DNA of 64,000 nucleotides, taken from assembly GCF_009914755.1 (NCBI RefSeq), contig NC_060940.1. The stretch is one strand, 5' to 3'. The stretch comes from the human T2T-CHM13v2.0 reference genome, Homo sapiens. The translations under genes were made by a program, and so were the position numbers. Below the pieces are notes generated by a model that ran no database searches, was not told the DNA's origin, and worked only from the letters and a program-made list of their open reading frames with translations. Of this stretch, positions 32,720 through 53,419 are shown in pieces (position 1 is the stretch's first letter; each line of letters starts with the position of its first letter).

Positions 32720-33400
32720 AGGGGAGTGTGAGGCCGACCCTCGGCCGGGGAGGCTGGACCCGGGCGCCCGGGCGGGGGTTGGCGCCTCATGGATCGGGAT
32801 CCTCGCCCGGGAGGGTGGACTCTCCCTTCATTAAGACCCCCAGGTCCCAGGCATGGAGGAGGCCTCGGCGCTTCCCCGTGGAGGCCTTCGACCAGGCAGC
32901 CTCAGTTTCCCCACGGGCGAAAGCCGACTCGAGGGTGGGGTGCCCTCGCCCCGCCTGCTCCTCACGGCGATTGCCCCCGCGCCCCGGGCTGGACAGGTGG
33001 GGCGCCGCGAAAAGGCCCGGCAAGCCGGAAGTTGCAATGGGGCAGCCGGACGCAAAACGCGGGGACACCGGCCGGGGTCCGCCAAGCTAGGGTGAGCTGC
33101 CGATCGGGGACGCGAACGGGAGCGCGCAGGTGAGGGCGGCGGGGCGGGGCGGGGGCGGGGGCGGGGCCACTGAGGCTGCGGCCAATCACCGGCGCCTCCC
33201 GTGGGCGGGGCGGGGCCGTTGCTTGGGCGACAGGCTCCAGCGTCTGCGTTCTGTGAACCTAGCCGCTGGGCTGTGCGGACAGGTTCGCGTGGGGCTCCTG
33301 GGCCTCCCGCAGCCGCGTAGGTTTCGGGAACCGGGTCGCCTCCCTGCCTCCGGATTCTCACGCGCTGGTGTCCGGTGGCCCTGGGAAATCTTTTCTTTTA
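32720..33400. promoter_or_regulatory. CpG island with promoter motifs
   Basis: Dense CpG; CCGGAAGT (33025), tandem GC boxes (33140-33166), CCAAT (33182). Confidence 0.8.
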
Positions 33401-33401
33401 A

Positions 33402-38127
<4,726 letters not shown>

Positions 38128-39059
38128 TTAAAAACCCACACAACATAGCACGAGCTGGTACAGAGGCAGCTGCGCCCGTCTTACTGTGTGAAGCTGTGCA
38201 CCTCAGGGGATTCTGGTGAGCCAAAGACAGTGGCATGGGGACGTTTCCTAGGGAAACTTCCTGGAATCTGATTCCAGGACTGGGCCCCTGGCCCTTTTCC
38301 TGACACCCAGCCCCCATGCCTGCCCAAGAGAAATGGTTCCTTCCCCCAGAAAGTAAAGCACAGTCTCTGTCCTCTCTATGTGAGGCCTTACTTCTCAGGG
38401 TCTAAAGGGAAATGGTGCCTGAGAGGCAGAATCTGCAGCTGCCAGGCGTGTTTGAGAACTTAGAACCCCATTTATAGCTGGATCACACCCTCTATCCCCA
38501 AGCTGAAATGGGCCTGGAAGAATCGGATTAACCAACTTCTTCCCAAGGTGTGGGGCATCCGGATTGGGGGGAGTTCCCAGCCTGTTTCCCAAGTTCACTC
38601 TTAGGGAGAGAGTTCTGTGCCAGTCTTGGGGGGACCCAGAGGGCCCTTGACTAGGAGTCCCTAAATGAATTCAGGGTCCCTCAGGAGACAATAACCTTCA
38701 GAAACCCCGAGTGCTAAAATAAATGGTCCTGCCCTCTCCACCCTGCAAAATGCCCTTCTTTCTACCTGTGAGGACAACTGCAGTGCTCGCTTTGAAATTT
38801 CAAATAACACAATCTTTCCACAAAATGCATCTTCCATTTTTCTGTTTTGGTGGCTCTGCCTTGCTGGCATCATGAACGCGTCCTGGGTAAAGCCATCCTC
38901 ATGAGCTGGCATTGCGGCTCTGGGAGTCACCTCCCGGCCAAGAGCAGGTGCAACCCAGGCTCGAGACTCCACACCCGGAACCCTCAAAACCGGGAACGCT
39001 GTAGGGCTGCGGCTGCATGGGGAATGGGATCTGGGAGGGACTTCCTGTCTTCCCTACTC

Positions 39060-39165
39060 CCAGTCTCCACCCAACTCCCCCGCCCGCCCCGTGCAGGCTG
39101 TGGAGACTCCCTTCCCGGGGGAGGGGGCCCCCACTGCCGCAGGTGCCCCCTCTGCCTCCACCCCG
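39060..39165 (+). other. ZNF205: Probable non-coding first exon of ZNF205
   Basis: GC boxes at ~39077-39090 and donor CCG|GTGAGA at 39165/39166; TSS approximate. Confidence 0.5.
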
Positions 39166-39913
39166 GTGAGAAGGGGGTGCTGGGGAGGGCATCTGGATCC
39201 CGAGACCGGCGCAGATGATCAGCTTGCAGGAGGGGATGGGGTCAAAGGTGGAAGGCTTCAAGCTGGCAGGAGAGAAGGGGGCCAGGACCGGGTTTGGGAA
39301 GGAGAAGGACATTGTCTGCCAGGACCGAGAGCAGGATGGGCATCCCAGGCCTGGGGCAGGTGGTTGCAGCTGCAGGGGGGCTGCTGAGAGCGGGCAGGTT
39401 GATTTCTGAATTCCTGGTGGGCATGGGAGTCAGGTAGGGACACACGGTGTATGTCCTGGGGTCGGGGGACAGCAGGTCCTGGATTACCCTGGCCTTGACG
39501 GGCGGGGCCCCACCAGCACCTGTTCTGCAGGATCTCTGCAGAACTTTCTGCTCCTGATGACAGGAAATAGCGATTCCAATTTAGCCTCGGCTTTCCCTGA
39601 GCCGGTTACACTGAGATGCAAGGCTCTTGCTTCAGCAATAAAGGGGACAATACAAAATAGCATTCTTTCAAAAATAGGACCCAGAAAACATCACAGAGAG
39701 TGGGACCATCGGATAGGATCTGGGAGACTTTCTTTCCGATTGGGACCAGGGAGCGCTGGTACTCGTGGGGATTTTCAGGGCTCTTTGGGGGTGTCCAGGA
39801 AGCGAGGGCTGGTTTCTGTCTGCTCTTCTAGGCTCCTGGCCAGAAGCTGGAGGGGGCTTGGCCAAAAAGAGGGAGAAACAACTCAGCTGTTCTTTCTAGC
39901 TCTGAAATAGAAA

Positions 39914-39970
39914 ATGTCTGCAGACGGCGGAGGCATCCAGGACACCCAGGACAAGGAGACACCCCCGGAG
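39914..39970 (+). CDS. ZNF205: ZNF205 first coding exon ([19 protein letters not shown])
   Basis: Acceptor TTCTTTCTAG at 39899, ATG at 39914, donor GAG|GTACAG. The six exons sum to 1665 nt = 554 aa + stop. Confidence 0.88.
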
Positions 39971-41111
39971 GTACAGATGGGGCTGGCTGAGGGAGGTGTG
40001 CGGTAGAAGAGGCTGGTGCGGAGGAGATTTTCAAGGCACAGAGTCTGGACCCCTGGAAGAGTTAGACTCACTGGGGTGGGGAGATCAAAGAGAAGGTGGC
40101 ATGCTGGGTAGTACCCTCTGTCTGGAATTTACAGCATAACAGTTTTGCTTTGCTGGTGAATTCTCTAGCCAGTGGCCACAGGAGATGGAAGAGGTCTGGG
40201 TGGAGGTCCTATCAGTGAGGTTTTCTTTCTGAGCAGCGCTCAGAGCACACAGGGAAACCTGTTCTCCTTCCCCGTGCTTCTCCACCTGGAACCACAGCTT
40301 CTCATCTCTGTGGGTCTGAGCTCCCGGTCCTTTCTCCTTCCTGTACCTGCTACCCGTGTGTGTGTGCGTGCGTGGTTGAGTGTGTGTGTGTAATTACTAT
40401 TTGTGGGGGACCTGGGTCTCCGGGCTTGGAGTTGGAGGAGTATGAGTCAGCGACAGGCCAGGGGCCAGTCCCTGGCCTCTGGGAACCAGATGTGTCATCT
40501 GTAAAATGCAGACCACATGCCTGCCATTTCCACCTGTCTCGCAGGGTCACTGGGAGGCTCTAAGGATAATAGGCATGAGACGCCATCATCTATGGTTTTC
40601 ATGCCATAGAAGCACAAAGAATTGTTAGCATGGTTCAGTTTCCCATCCACTTCCCGTGTGCCTTGAACACCTTGGGCATGTCAGTAGAGCCCCACATGTT
40701 GGCATTCTCTGCTGGCACTGGCTTCTGTCTGGTGCGCACGGCGGGGGGGATTAATGACCAGCGCCACCCTGTGTTTATCCAGGACTTTCCTGAGCTGGCA
40801 GCTCCTTCTCCATCATTATCTGCGTGAACCTCATGACCATTCTGTGCAGGGGCAGAGCAGCTGCGTCCTGAAGGCTGCCTGATTGGGGAGGGGTGTCGCT
40901 GGGTCTGGCACCCAGGCACTCTGATTCCTGGCCTGAGGTTCTTTCCCTTCAAGACCCAAACACAGACAGGGCGTGGAGGAAGGAGTGTGAGACCCCAGCA
41001 GAAGTCCGGCCAGTTCCTGTGCTGTGGATGAGGCCCCACCAGGGCCCTCCCTGACTTTCCCAAAGCTTTTGAGCTATGTGGTCACGGGGCATTGTCTCAT
41101 CCCCAGCCATG

Positions 41112-41540
41112 GTGTGTTAGTCTCCCGTGGCTGCTGTAACAAGTTTCCACTCTCTGGGGGGCTGAAAACAACCAGAATTGACTCTCTCACAGTCCTGGAG
41201 GCCTGCAGTCCAAAATCTAGGTGTCAGCAGGGTCACACTCCTTTTGAAAGCTCTAGACTAAGAGGACCCTCCCTTACCTCTTCCAACTCCTTGGGGGCTC
41301 CTGGTGTCCTTGGTGTGGGCATCCCTCCAGTCTCTGCTTCCTTCTCTGTGTCTCTGTGTCCTCTCCTATTCTTATAAGGACATAAGTCATTGTTAGATTT
41401 TAGGCTCACTCTAAATTCACGATGATTTAATCTCAAGATCTTTAACTTACCTGTATAAAGACCCTTTTCCCCAATAAGGTCCCATTCTGAGGTCCAGGGA
41501 GGACACGGATTCTTAGAGGACACTATTCAAGCCACTACAC
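41112..41540 (-). mobile_element. MLT1-family MaLR LTR
   Basis: GGCTGCTGTAACAAG...TCTCACAGTCCTGGAGGC...CTTATAAGGACA...CACTATTCAAGCCACTACA motifs. Confidence 0.75.
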
Positions 41541-41837
41541 TTGGTTTCTTCATACACTAATAGACAGCAGTCTACACTGCTGAGGTCAGTGTGAGGCTGG
41601 AGCTGAGAAGGGGTAGCTGCCCTTGGGCACCACGCCCACCGGCACTGTGGAGGCGGCTTGGTGAATATTCCTCCTCTTGCCGCCCGTCCTTGCTGGGGTG
41701 AGCTGGATGAATGCAGCAAGGACAGTCCTTCAAGCTGCGTCTTGCATGTTGGTTTCCGACGCTGCCGGAGCGCACTGCCATGTGGCCCTGGGTGTCTCTC
41801 CCACTCATCTGGGTGCTGATGGGGCTGTCCTTTCTAG

Positions 41838-42051
41838 GTTCCAGATCGTGGACATCCTCATCAGGAAATGCCTTCTAAGCTGGGGGAGGCGGTACCTTCA
41901 GGGGACGCTCAGGAGTCACTGCACATTAAGATGGAGCCCGAAGAGCCACACTCCGAGGGGGCATCGCAGGAGGATGGGGCTCAAGGTGCCTGGGGCTGGG
42001 CACCCCTAAGTCACGGCTCTAAGGAGAAAGCTCTCTTCCTGCCTGGCGGAG
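41838..42051 (+). CDS. ZNF205: ZNF205 coding exon 2
   Basis: TTTCTAG|GTT acceptor; [22 protein letters not shown]...ALFLPGG; donor GTAGGA. Confidence 0.92.
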
Positions 42052-42311
42052 GTAGGAGAGGGACGGGGAAGAGGCGCTTTCCCAGGGAGGCAGCTGTGGG
42101 GAGGTGGAGGTTTGGCCCAGGTCCAGGTGGGGCTGAGGGTCTCTATGCCAGCAGGGGACGCTATCCCCCCATGGCCCACAGCCCCCTGGCAGCGTCAGAG
42201 CCATCCGACCCTGTCCTTGGGTCGGGCCAGGGGTGGAGTTTGAGGCAGCTGAAGTAGCAGCAGGTCCAGCAGGATGAGCTGATCACCGTGAGGACCTCTC
42301 TCCTCCCACAG

Positions 42312-42403
42312 CCCTCCCCTCCCCCCGGATCCCCGTGCTTTCCCGAGAGGGGAGGACCAGAGACCGGCAGATGGCTGCAGCGCTCCTCACTGCCTGGTCC
42401 CAG
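42312..42403 (+). CDS. ZNF205: ZNF205 coding exon 3 (...[14 protein letters not shown])
   Basis: CCCACAG acceptor, CAG|GTGAGT donor; typical pre-KRAB linker. Confidence 0.92.
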
Positions 42404-42909
42404 GTGAGTGGCCCTTCCCCGGCCCCTGCATGGTACTCAGCCCTTCCTGCATCTGCTGGTTCTGTGTGAAAGCCAGGACCCCGCTGGCCCCACTTGCAGC
42501 CAAGCCTGAAGCCTGGGGCTCTTGCTAGTGTTGCTGGAATTGTCCAGGCTCAAGGCCCATGGTCAGGCCTGGGCCAAAGCTGGAGGAGAAGCAGCAGGAA
42601 TTAGAGACACAGGGCCTCTCGCTGGGAGCCGTTGGGAACCGTCCTCCGAGGTCTCAGCTGAGGCTGGGGGCTGCATGGACATCCTAAGTCTTAACTGTGA
42701 TCCCTGAAAATACCTCTTGGTCTTTGTTCTTTCTCAACTCCCCAGAAGGCCTTGGGTGGCTCACCTGCTTCCCGATCAGATGGAAGTGGCAGGCCTCACT
42801 CGACACAGTGGGTTGGGAGTCCGGGGTCTCACCACACATCTCATGCCATGGTGTCCCTCCACCGTGTCCACGTCATGTCCTGGAGAGTGGATGTTTCACA
42901 TTGTTTCAG

Positions 42910-43030
42910 ATGCCAGTGACTTTCGAGGATGTGGCCTTGTACCTCTCCCGGGAGGAGTGGGGACGGCTGGACCACACGCAGCAGAACTTCTACAGGGATG
43001 TCCTGCAGAAGAAAAATGGGCTGTCACTGG
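42910..43030 (+). CDS. ZNF205: ZNF205 KRAB-A exon
   Basis: [33 protein letters not shown]; TTTCAG acceptor, GTAAGC donor. Confidence 0.95.
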
Positions 43031-43144
43031 GTAAGCACTCGCCTGGAGGGGGGACTGGGGTGTTAGGGAGAGGTCCTGCTCTGCCGTCTCCTCTTTCCTG
43101 CCTTCCCTCCCTCTCTCTCCCACCCTTCTCCTTGTCCCTTGAGA

Positions 43145-43655
<511 letters not shown>

Positions 43656-43922
43656 CCCAGGAAGTCCGCTTTTCCTGGGTTCATCCGCAGGGCTCACTCC
43701 TATAGCTCCATCTTCCTTTCCAAGCCCCAACTTCAGAGGTGTCTGAGCAGCAAGCTTGGCTTCGGGGCCCGAGGGCTGCTTGCCCTGGAGAGAGATGGCA
43801 TGAACTGAACTCCCCAGGCCCCGCAGACCCTTGGGTGTCCCATCTGCTTTGAGGAGCAGGTGCTTGTCTCCGAGGGGTCTTGGTTCCCTTTGTTTCTTGG
43901 ATGTTAAGTATTTAAGTCCCAG

Positions 43923-43953
<31 letters not shown>

Positions 43954-44039
43954 GAAACACAGCCTTGCTCTGTCACCCAGGCTGGAGTGCAGTGGCACCA
44001 TCACGACTCATGCAGCCTCGACTTCCTGGGTTCAAGTGA

Positions 44040-44252
<213 letters not shown>

Positions 44253-44331
44253 TGACTCCTCAATTCCAGACTTTAGTTTTCATACGGAAAAATCAGTATT
44301 CATTTATTCATTTATTCATTCATTCAGTTGA

Positions 44332-44589
<258 letters not shown>

Positions 44590-45395
44590 TGATCCGCCCA
44601 CCTCGGCCTCCCAAAGTGCTGGAGGCATGAGCCACTGCGCCTGGCCAACACCCAGCTAGCACACTTGCTAGTCCAGGCAGAATCCAGGACTCAGCATTCC
44701 AGGTGGTGGCATCATGGTGGTCCCAAGGCCCCGCTGGCTGGCACCAGGGATGGTCACCCCTCAATTAGCTCAGGCTGCTCACCGCTCTTATGGTTCCCCA
44801 GTGCCTGGGCCAGCAAGCCCAGGCAAGTCCTGAGGGATCAGAAGGATCTCAACACCCATTTTCAGCACCACGGCAGGCCTCGCAGATGCCTCAAGCCACC
44901 CGGTTGGTCCAACACATTCCTTTCCTCCCACGGGTGGTGGAAGCCAGGGCCCCCTCTGCTCTCTTACTGACTTGACCAAAATTCCTGGGGCCACACCCCC
45001 CCAAGACTTGACAAATGGGATGACCTTAGTCGTTGGAGATCCTGGCCCTCCTGTCCCAGGTCCTCCCACTTGGAGGGCCACTACCCTTGCCCCTCCAGGT
45101 GTGGGTGTAGGAGCGGGATACCCGTCCCGTGGGCGTTGATGTAGGGTGTTGCCCACTCCCGTCCCTTAAACTCCGTTGCTCTTTCAGGGAAAGAGGAGAC
45201 AGGCCTAGTCAGCTCTGGCAGCCGCCAGGCAGGGGGCGGACCCCCGACCCAGGGGGCCTTCTTGAAACTGCTTTATTTTACCCCCTGTTTCCAGAGCCTC
45301 ACCCCCTACTTGGGCCCATCAGTTTTGGGGAGATGCTGTCTGCAGCTGGGCAGCGCCAGAAGGCCTGTGACAGCACAGCATCTCTTTCTGGGCAG

Positions 45396-45506
45396 GCTTT
45401 CCCTTCAGCAGGCCTTTCTGGGCCCCTCAAGCGCACGGCAAGGGTGAGGCCTCGGGCTCCAGCCGGCAGGCAGGAGATGAGAAGGAGTGGAGAGGCGCGT
45501 GCACAG
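45396..45506 (+). CDS. ZNF205: ZNF205 coding exon 5
   Basis: [21 protein letters not shown]...; CAG acceptor and GTGAGG donor, phase-consistent. Confidence 0.9.
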
Positions 45507-45746
45507 GTGAGGGACGGGCGCGCGCCTTTGTCTGCGGGAGTGGGGCGCAGACGCAGGCCTTCTGGCTGTTGTCTGTGGGAGTGGGGCAGGGCCACCAGAC
45601 CCCCTCCTGGGCGGTTTGCGCCCAGGGCGGCCCTTGCGCTTTCTGGTCTCTGAGAATCCAGCCCCCACCCTTAGCTCTGCCTTCTCCACCCTCCTGGGGT
45701 CCTTAGGGAAGCTCGTCCCTAGCTGGAAACGACTTTCTTTTTCCAG

Positions 45747-46816
45747 GAGCCGTCGAGGTGGGGCAGAGGGTGCAGACCTCATCCGTGGCAGCCCTTGGGA
45801 ATGTGAAGCCCTTCAGAACCAGGGCAGGGAGAGTCCAGTGGGGCGTCCCGCAGTGCGCGCAGGAAGCAGCCTGCGGCCGGAGCTCAGGGCCGGCCAAAGA
45901 CTCCGGGCAGCCGGCTGAGCCAGATCGCACCCCGGATGCAGCTCCGCCAGACCCCAGTCCCACGGAGCCCCAGGAGTACCGCGTCCCGGAGAAGCCCAAC
46001 GAGGAGGAGAAGGGCGCCCCGGAGAGTGGCGAGGAGGGCCTGGCCCCTGACAGTGAGGTGGGCAGGAAGAGCTACCGGTGCGAGCAGTGCGGCAAGGGCT
46101 TCAGCTGGCACTCGCACCTGGTGACGCACCGGCGCACGCACACGGGCGAGAAGCCCTACGCCTGCACTGACTGCGGGAAGCGCTTCGGCCGCAGCTCGCA
46201 CCTCATCCAGCACCAGATCATCCACACGGGCGAGAAGCCCTACACCTGCCCCGCCTGCCGGAAGAGCTTCAGCCACCACTCCACGCTGATTCAGCACCAG
46301 CGCATCCACACCGGAGAGAAGCCCTACGTGTGCGACCGCTGCGCCAAGCGCTTCACCCGCCGCTCGGACTTGGTCACCCACCAGGGCACCCACACGGGCG
46401 CCAAGCCGCACAAGTGCCCCATCTGCGCCAAGTGCTTCACGCAGAGCTCGGCGCTAGTCACCCACCAGCGCACCCACACTGGGGTCAAGCCCTATCCGTG
46501 CCCCGAGTGCGGCAAGTGCTTCAGCCAGCGTTCCAACCTCATCGCGCACAACCGCACACACACAGGCGAGAAGCCCTACCACTGCCTCGACTGCGGCAAG
46601 AGCTTCAGCCACAGCTCGCACCTCACCGCGCACCAGCGCACCCACCGTGGCGTGCGGCCCTACGCCTGCCCGTTGTGCGGCAAGAGCTTCAGCCGGCGCT
46701 CCAACCTGCACCGGCACGAGAAGATCCACACCACCGGGCCCAAGGCCCTGGCCATGCTGATGCTGGGGGCGGCGGCGGCGGGGGCTCTGGCCACACCCCC
46801 ACCCGCTCCCACCTAG
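45747..46816 (+). CDS. ZNF205: ZNF205 last coding exon, 8 C2H2 zinc fingers
   Basis: TTTTTCCAG acceptor; ORF 45758..46816 with TGEKPY-linked fingers ending TPPPAPT*. Confidence 0.96.
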
Positions 46817-46987
46817 GAGGCCAGGAAAGGGGGAGCGGGGCGCCCAGGGCCACTGGAACAGCCCCACTGGAGTCAAGGCTCCGAGGGAGGAGAGAGGGGC
46901 TCGGGAAGGGAGCTGGGGCGGTGAGGGCATGGGGTGAGGCATGGCGATGGGGGAGGGCGAGGGCGAGAAAGGGCAGGCACTCTGCGA

Positions 46988-46993
46988 ATTAAA
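46988..46993 (+). terminator. ZNF205: ATTAAA poly(A) signal of ZNF205
   Basis: Variant hexamer about 170 nt after the stop. Confidence 0.7.
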
Positions 46994-47649
46994 GGCCTTG
47001 GACTTGAAGCGCCCGCCTACACAGCTTTGTCTCCTGGTGCCCTGGCGCTGATTCCCCGAGCGTGGGGGAGCTCCTGGGCTAATCCCCTGTCCTCATTGAG
47101 GCATCCCCGCATCACCACTCTTGGCTTGGGTCTCCACCAGGGTTGGGGTCCCTTTTGCCAAAGGCCCATTCCAAAGCGTTGCACACATTGGCAAGCAAAG
47201 GCTTCAAGTACAGAGAGGTTTCCAGGGCTGAAGCCAGTCAGCCGCTCCTGGACCTGGGGACCCCTTGCCGGCCGTCTGCTGCTGACGCCACTTGTCCCAA
47301 GGGCACTGCTTACTGAGCCCGCACTCTCCCTTGGCTCTTCTCTTTGGAAGCCAGGAGCAGGCAGAACTGGTCCGGAAATTCCTGCCTGCCCCATCTCCCA
47401 CTCAGGCATCGGTGGCTGGGTTTTGTGACTGGCCTTTGCCATTTGCTCCCACCATGGCCTGCCTGTGGTCCTGCGAGGGCTCCTCACTCACCAGGGGCCA
47501 CTTTCCTTCTTGGCCCATGCTGCAGCTGCTGTCACCTGCCTCTGCTATGTCTCACCTCCTTGGCCTCCTGGTATATGTCCTATATAATTCGCCCTGCTCG
47601 CCCCTGCCTGGCTCTGAGCTTTGATTTACTCCTGGTCTTTCCGCTGGCG

Positions 47650-50002
<2,353 letters not shown>

Positions 50003-50499
50003 TCATTTAAAAACTTCACTCTGGCCTCCAGGGAGCCCAGACAGCACACAGTTTCCTGGTGAAACGTTTCCCCTTTCGTGGCAGAGTGCAGGAGCACGGG
50101 TTCCAAGGGCCCCGTGGAGGGTGCCTGCAGATGGCCATTCCTTATGGCTGGCCCACTTCTCCCTCTAGGGATCCCTCCGGAGGCCCCACTGTGGGATAGA
50201 TCTGGAAAGAGTATCTTAAGAGTGGAACTTGGCAGTTTCGGAAATATTCGACAAGCACAAATAAGACAGGGAGGAGTAGGGGCTGTGCCAGGGAAGGACC
50301 TGGAACGCCAGGCTGAAGGGTGCTCATAGTTTGGTAGGTGATGGGCGTCACTGAGAGGTAGGAGGCTGGAGGGAAGAAGCCAGGTAAGGGTCTTGGTGTC
50401 TCCCTGGGTAGAGGATGAGGAGGTTCAGCGGTTTCCCTGGCTTCCTCGGGGCTTCTCGGCCACTGGAGAACTCCACCAGATCATCACTGATGCGGTGTC

Positions 50500-51420
50500 A
50501 GGAGCACGGTGAGGGCGGAGGCGGAGAGGCAGGATGTATGCATCCTGGCTTCCCACCTGCTTCCCTGCGGCCCCAGGTTCCTGTTGCAAGCGCTCAGGGA
50601 TCGGCTGTCGGCGCTGCCCCTCTGGGCCGGGGGCGTCGGCCTCAGCGCCGTCCTAGCCTAGGACACCGTCTCCCAGTTCCCGGGCCCGGCCGTGTAGCGA
50701 AGCCCAGAGCCTGCAGGGTCCCATGGACCCAGCCTCTCGCTCGGCGGCCCCGTCGCCGGCATGACTGAATCCAGGAGGCCACGCCCCCCTGCCCTTAGCC
50801 ATTCAGGCATCGGGGCGGGGAGAAAGGCGGCTCCAGCAGAACCAGCCAATCACGGCTGAAGTTTGTGCCCGGCCCTTTTCCCCTCACCGCCACGCCCCAA
50901 GCCGCACGGTTGCCCCGGCAACTGCTCCAGGATCCTGTCTTTGAAGCATTTCGTCTTACCCTTCGCTGGGCGTTCGTTGCCGAACGAAGCGAAGACCACG
51001 GGGCTGGACCTTCGCTGCAGACCTCAGTCCTCACAGCCCGCCCCGCCCAGCCACTGACTTCCTGGGTCTATCACCGAGATGCCGAGCCTCCTGCAGTCCT
51101 AGAGAGCATACGGCGCAGGGCCAGGGCCACTTCCGGCCCAGAGGACTCCCTGTCAATTTGCTGCAATGGCTCCTGCACCAGGGTTGGGTGGGTTCGCTGC
51201 ACTGGCCGCGGAGCTAGAGCATCTTCCGAGCTCCCGAGCAGGGGCTGACGGTGCTGCCAGCTGTCGTGCGGTACGGCCGGCAGAGAGCGGCCAGGAAGGA
51301 GACCGTGCCCTCTTCCGGGGGAGCAGAAGAAACGCGCGGGCTGTGCGAGGCGGCTCGCGGCTCTGGAGTGCCTGAGGGGCAGAGGGCGGCAAACGTTAAC
51401 TCTAGGGGCTTTGCTGCGTT
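50500..51420. promoter_or_regulatory. CpG island between ZNF205 and ZNF213
   Basis: Dense CpG; GC box at 50812, CCAAT at 50846, ACTTCCGG at 51130. Confidence 0.75.
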
Positions 51421-53419
51421 CCTCACACATTCGTTTTTTTGTTTGTTTTTCGGAGATGGATTCGTGCTCTGTTGCCCAGGCTGGAGTGTAGTGGCGTGAT
51501 CTCAGCTCACGGCAATCTCCACCTCCTGGTTCAAGCGATTCTTCCGCCTCAGCCTCCCGAGTAGCTGGGATTACAGGCGCCTGCCATCATGCCCGGCTAA
51601 TTTTTGTATTTTTAGTAGAGATGGGGTTTCACTATGTTGGTCAGGCTGGTCTTGAACTCCTAACCTCGTGATCCGCCCGCTTCAGCCTCCCGAAGTGTTG
51701 GGATTACAGGCGTGAGCCACCGCGCCCAGCCAATTTTTGTATTTTTAATGGGGTTTCACCATGTTGGCCAGGCCGGTCTCGAACTCCTGACCTCAAGCCC
51801 GCCTCGGTCTCCCAAAGTGCCGGGATTGCAGGTGTGAGCCACCACGCCCGGCCTCACTAGTTCATTTTTCAAATACAAAATGAATGCCTGTTAATTTAGC
51901 AAAGGTCCTTTGCTAAATGTTGAGTTGTAAGTGAGGAAGATTCCAGACAAGACCCTTGCCCTCATGGGGTTCCAGTGTGGTGGGGGAAACTGACAGACAC
52001 ATACATGGCACACACTTTAACTTCAAGTAGTTACAAATGCCAGAAAGAAATGAACTGGGTAAAACAGGAGAGGACGGTCGGAGCTTCATTGTCAGGGAAG
52101 ACCCCTCCAAGGAGGGGACATTTAAGCTGAGACTCAAAGGGTGAGAAGCGGTTTTACAAGGATCTGGAGTACGAACCTTTCAAGCAAAGGGAACAGGATA
52201 AACATGAGGAGGAGACTGGTGCCCAGTAGCTGAAATGACCCCTGCCCCGAACCTTCCCCGCCCCCACCCCAACCCCCCCATGTGGAGGGGAGGGGAGTGA
52301 GGAGACAGGCTGGAGAGCTGCGACTTGTCAGGGGGCAGTGGCTTGAGGCTTCTCCCTGGTGTCCTGTGAAGACAGTCCAGCCTTCCTCATCGCACGCTCC
52401 TCTGGCAGCCTGAGACATGGGGTCAGGCGGGCTTCCTGCCTGGTGTAAAGGCAGCACCCAATGAATGGCCTGCACCTCAGTAACTTAAGACAGCAATTTT
52501 TATGTTCTCAACTAACAAAGCCCTAGGCTAGTCATGGAGATGAACACAGATCTCACAGAGCAACCACAGAGCTCTTCAAGGATTCAGGTGATCCTGTCAT
52601 TAATGCCTTTCTCAGAGACTTAGTGAAGCCAGTGTCTACTGGTAAAAGATAGCTGGGGATGGGGTGGGTACACAGGTCATGCATGATAAGGCCACTCAAC
52701 ATTTCCATCTCCCTAAGGAAAAGGAGCCTTTGGTTTCCTTCTTTCCTGTCATGCCACTTCAGCCATCTCAACCTTGTTAACTGAAGGCCACCAATGAGTC
52801 CAAATTTCAGCCAACCAATGGAGTAAACTGCTAAAAAGCCACCAACAGCCACACACGCTAACATTAAATTTGAAGTCTACTAAATGCACCTATATCATTG
52901 AATTTGATTTCTCATTTTGTGTGTGTGTGTGACAGAGTCTTGTTCTGTCACGCAGGCTGAAGTGCAGTGGCATGATCACAGTTCACTGCAGCCTTGACCT
53001 CTCAGGCTCAAGCGACCCTCCCACCTCAGCTTTCTGAGTAGCTGGGACTATAGGTGCTCACCACAACACCCCGCTAATTTTTGTATTTTATGTTTCAACT
53101 ATGTTGCCCAAACTGATAACAAACTCCTGGGCTCAAGTGATGATCCTCCAGCCTCTGCCTCCTAAAGTGCTGGGACTACAGGCATGAGCTACTGCACCCG
53201 GTCTAATCTCATCTCTTTTTATATTCTGTCCACTTTGGTATGCTATCCTTAGAATCTACTCTTGCATCTATCCCCCAGGTTTCTGCTAGTTTATATCAGC
53301 AAAGTGAATTATTTTAGTGTATAAGCTATTTCCTCCTGGGTCATAACGTGTATCTTTCCCCTCTCTCTCTGTCTCTTGCACACGCTTGTGCAGCCTCTCT
53401 CTCCACACACACACATATA

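Noticed and set aside
39971-40100. Possible decayed SCAN exon after the first ZNF205 coding exon
   Set aside because: Only a faint resemblance (RRRFSR); no WLRPE or LLVLEQFL motif is recognisable by eye.
41907-41909. ZNF205 Ala codon (GDAQES) where I recall Thr in the reference protein
   Set aside because: Single-base difference, most likely an ordinary polymorphism; my recall cannot be verified here.
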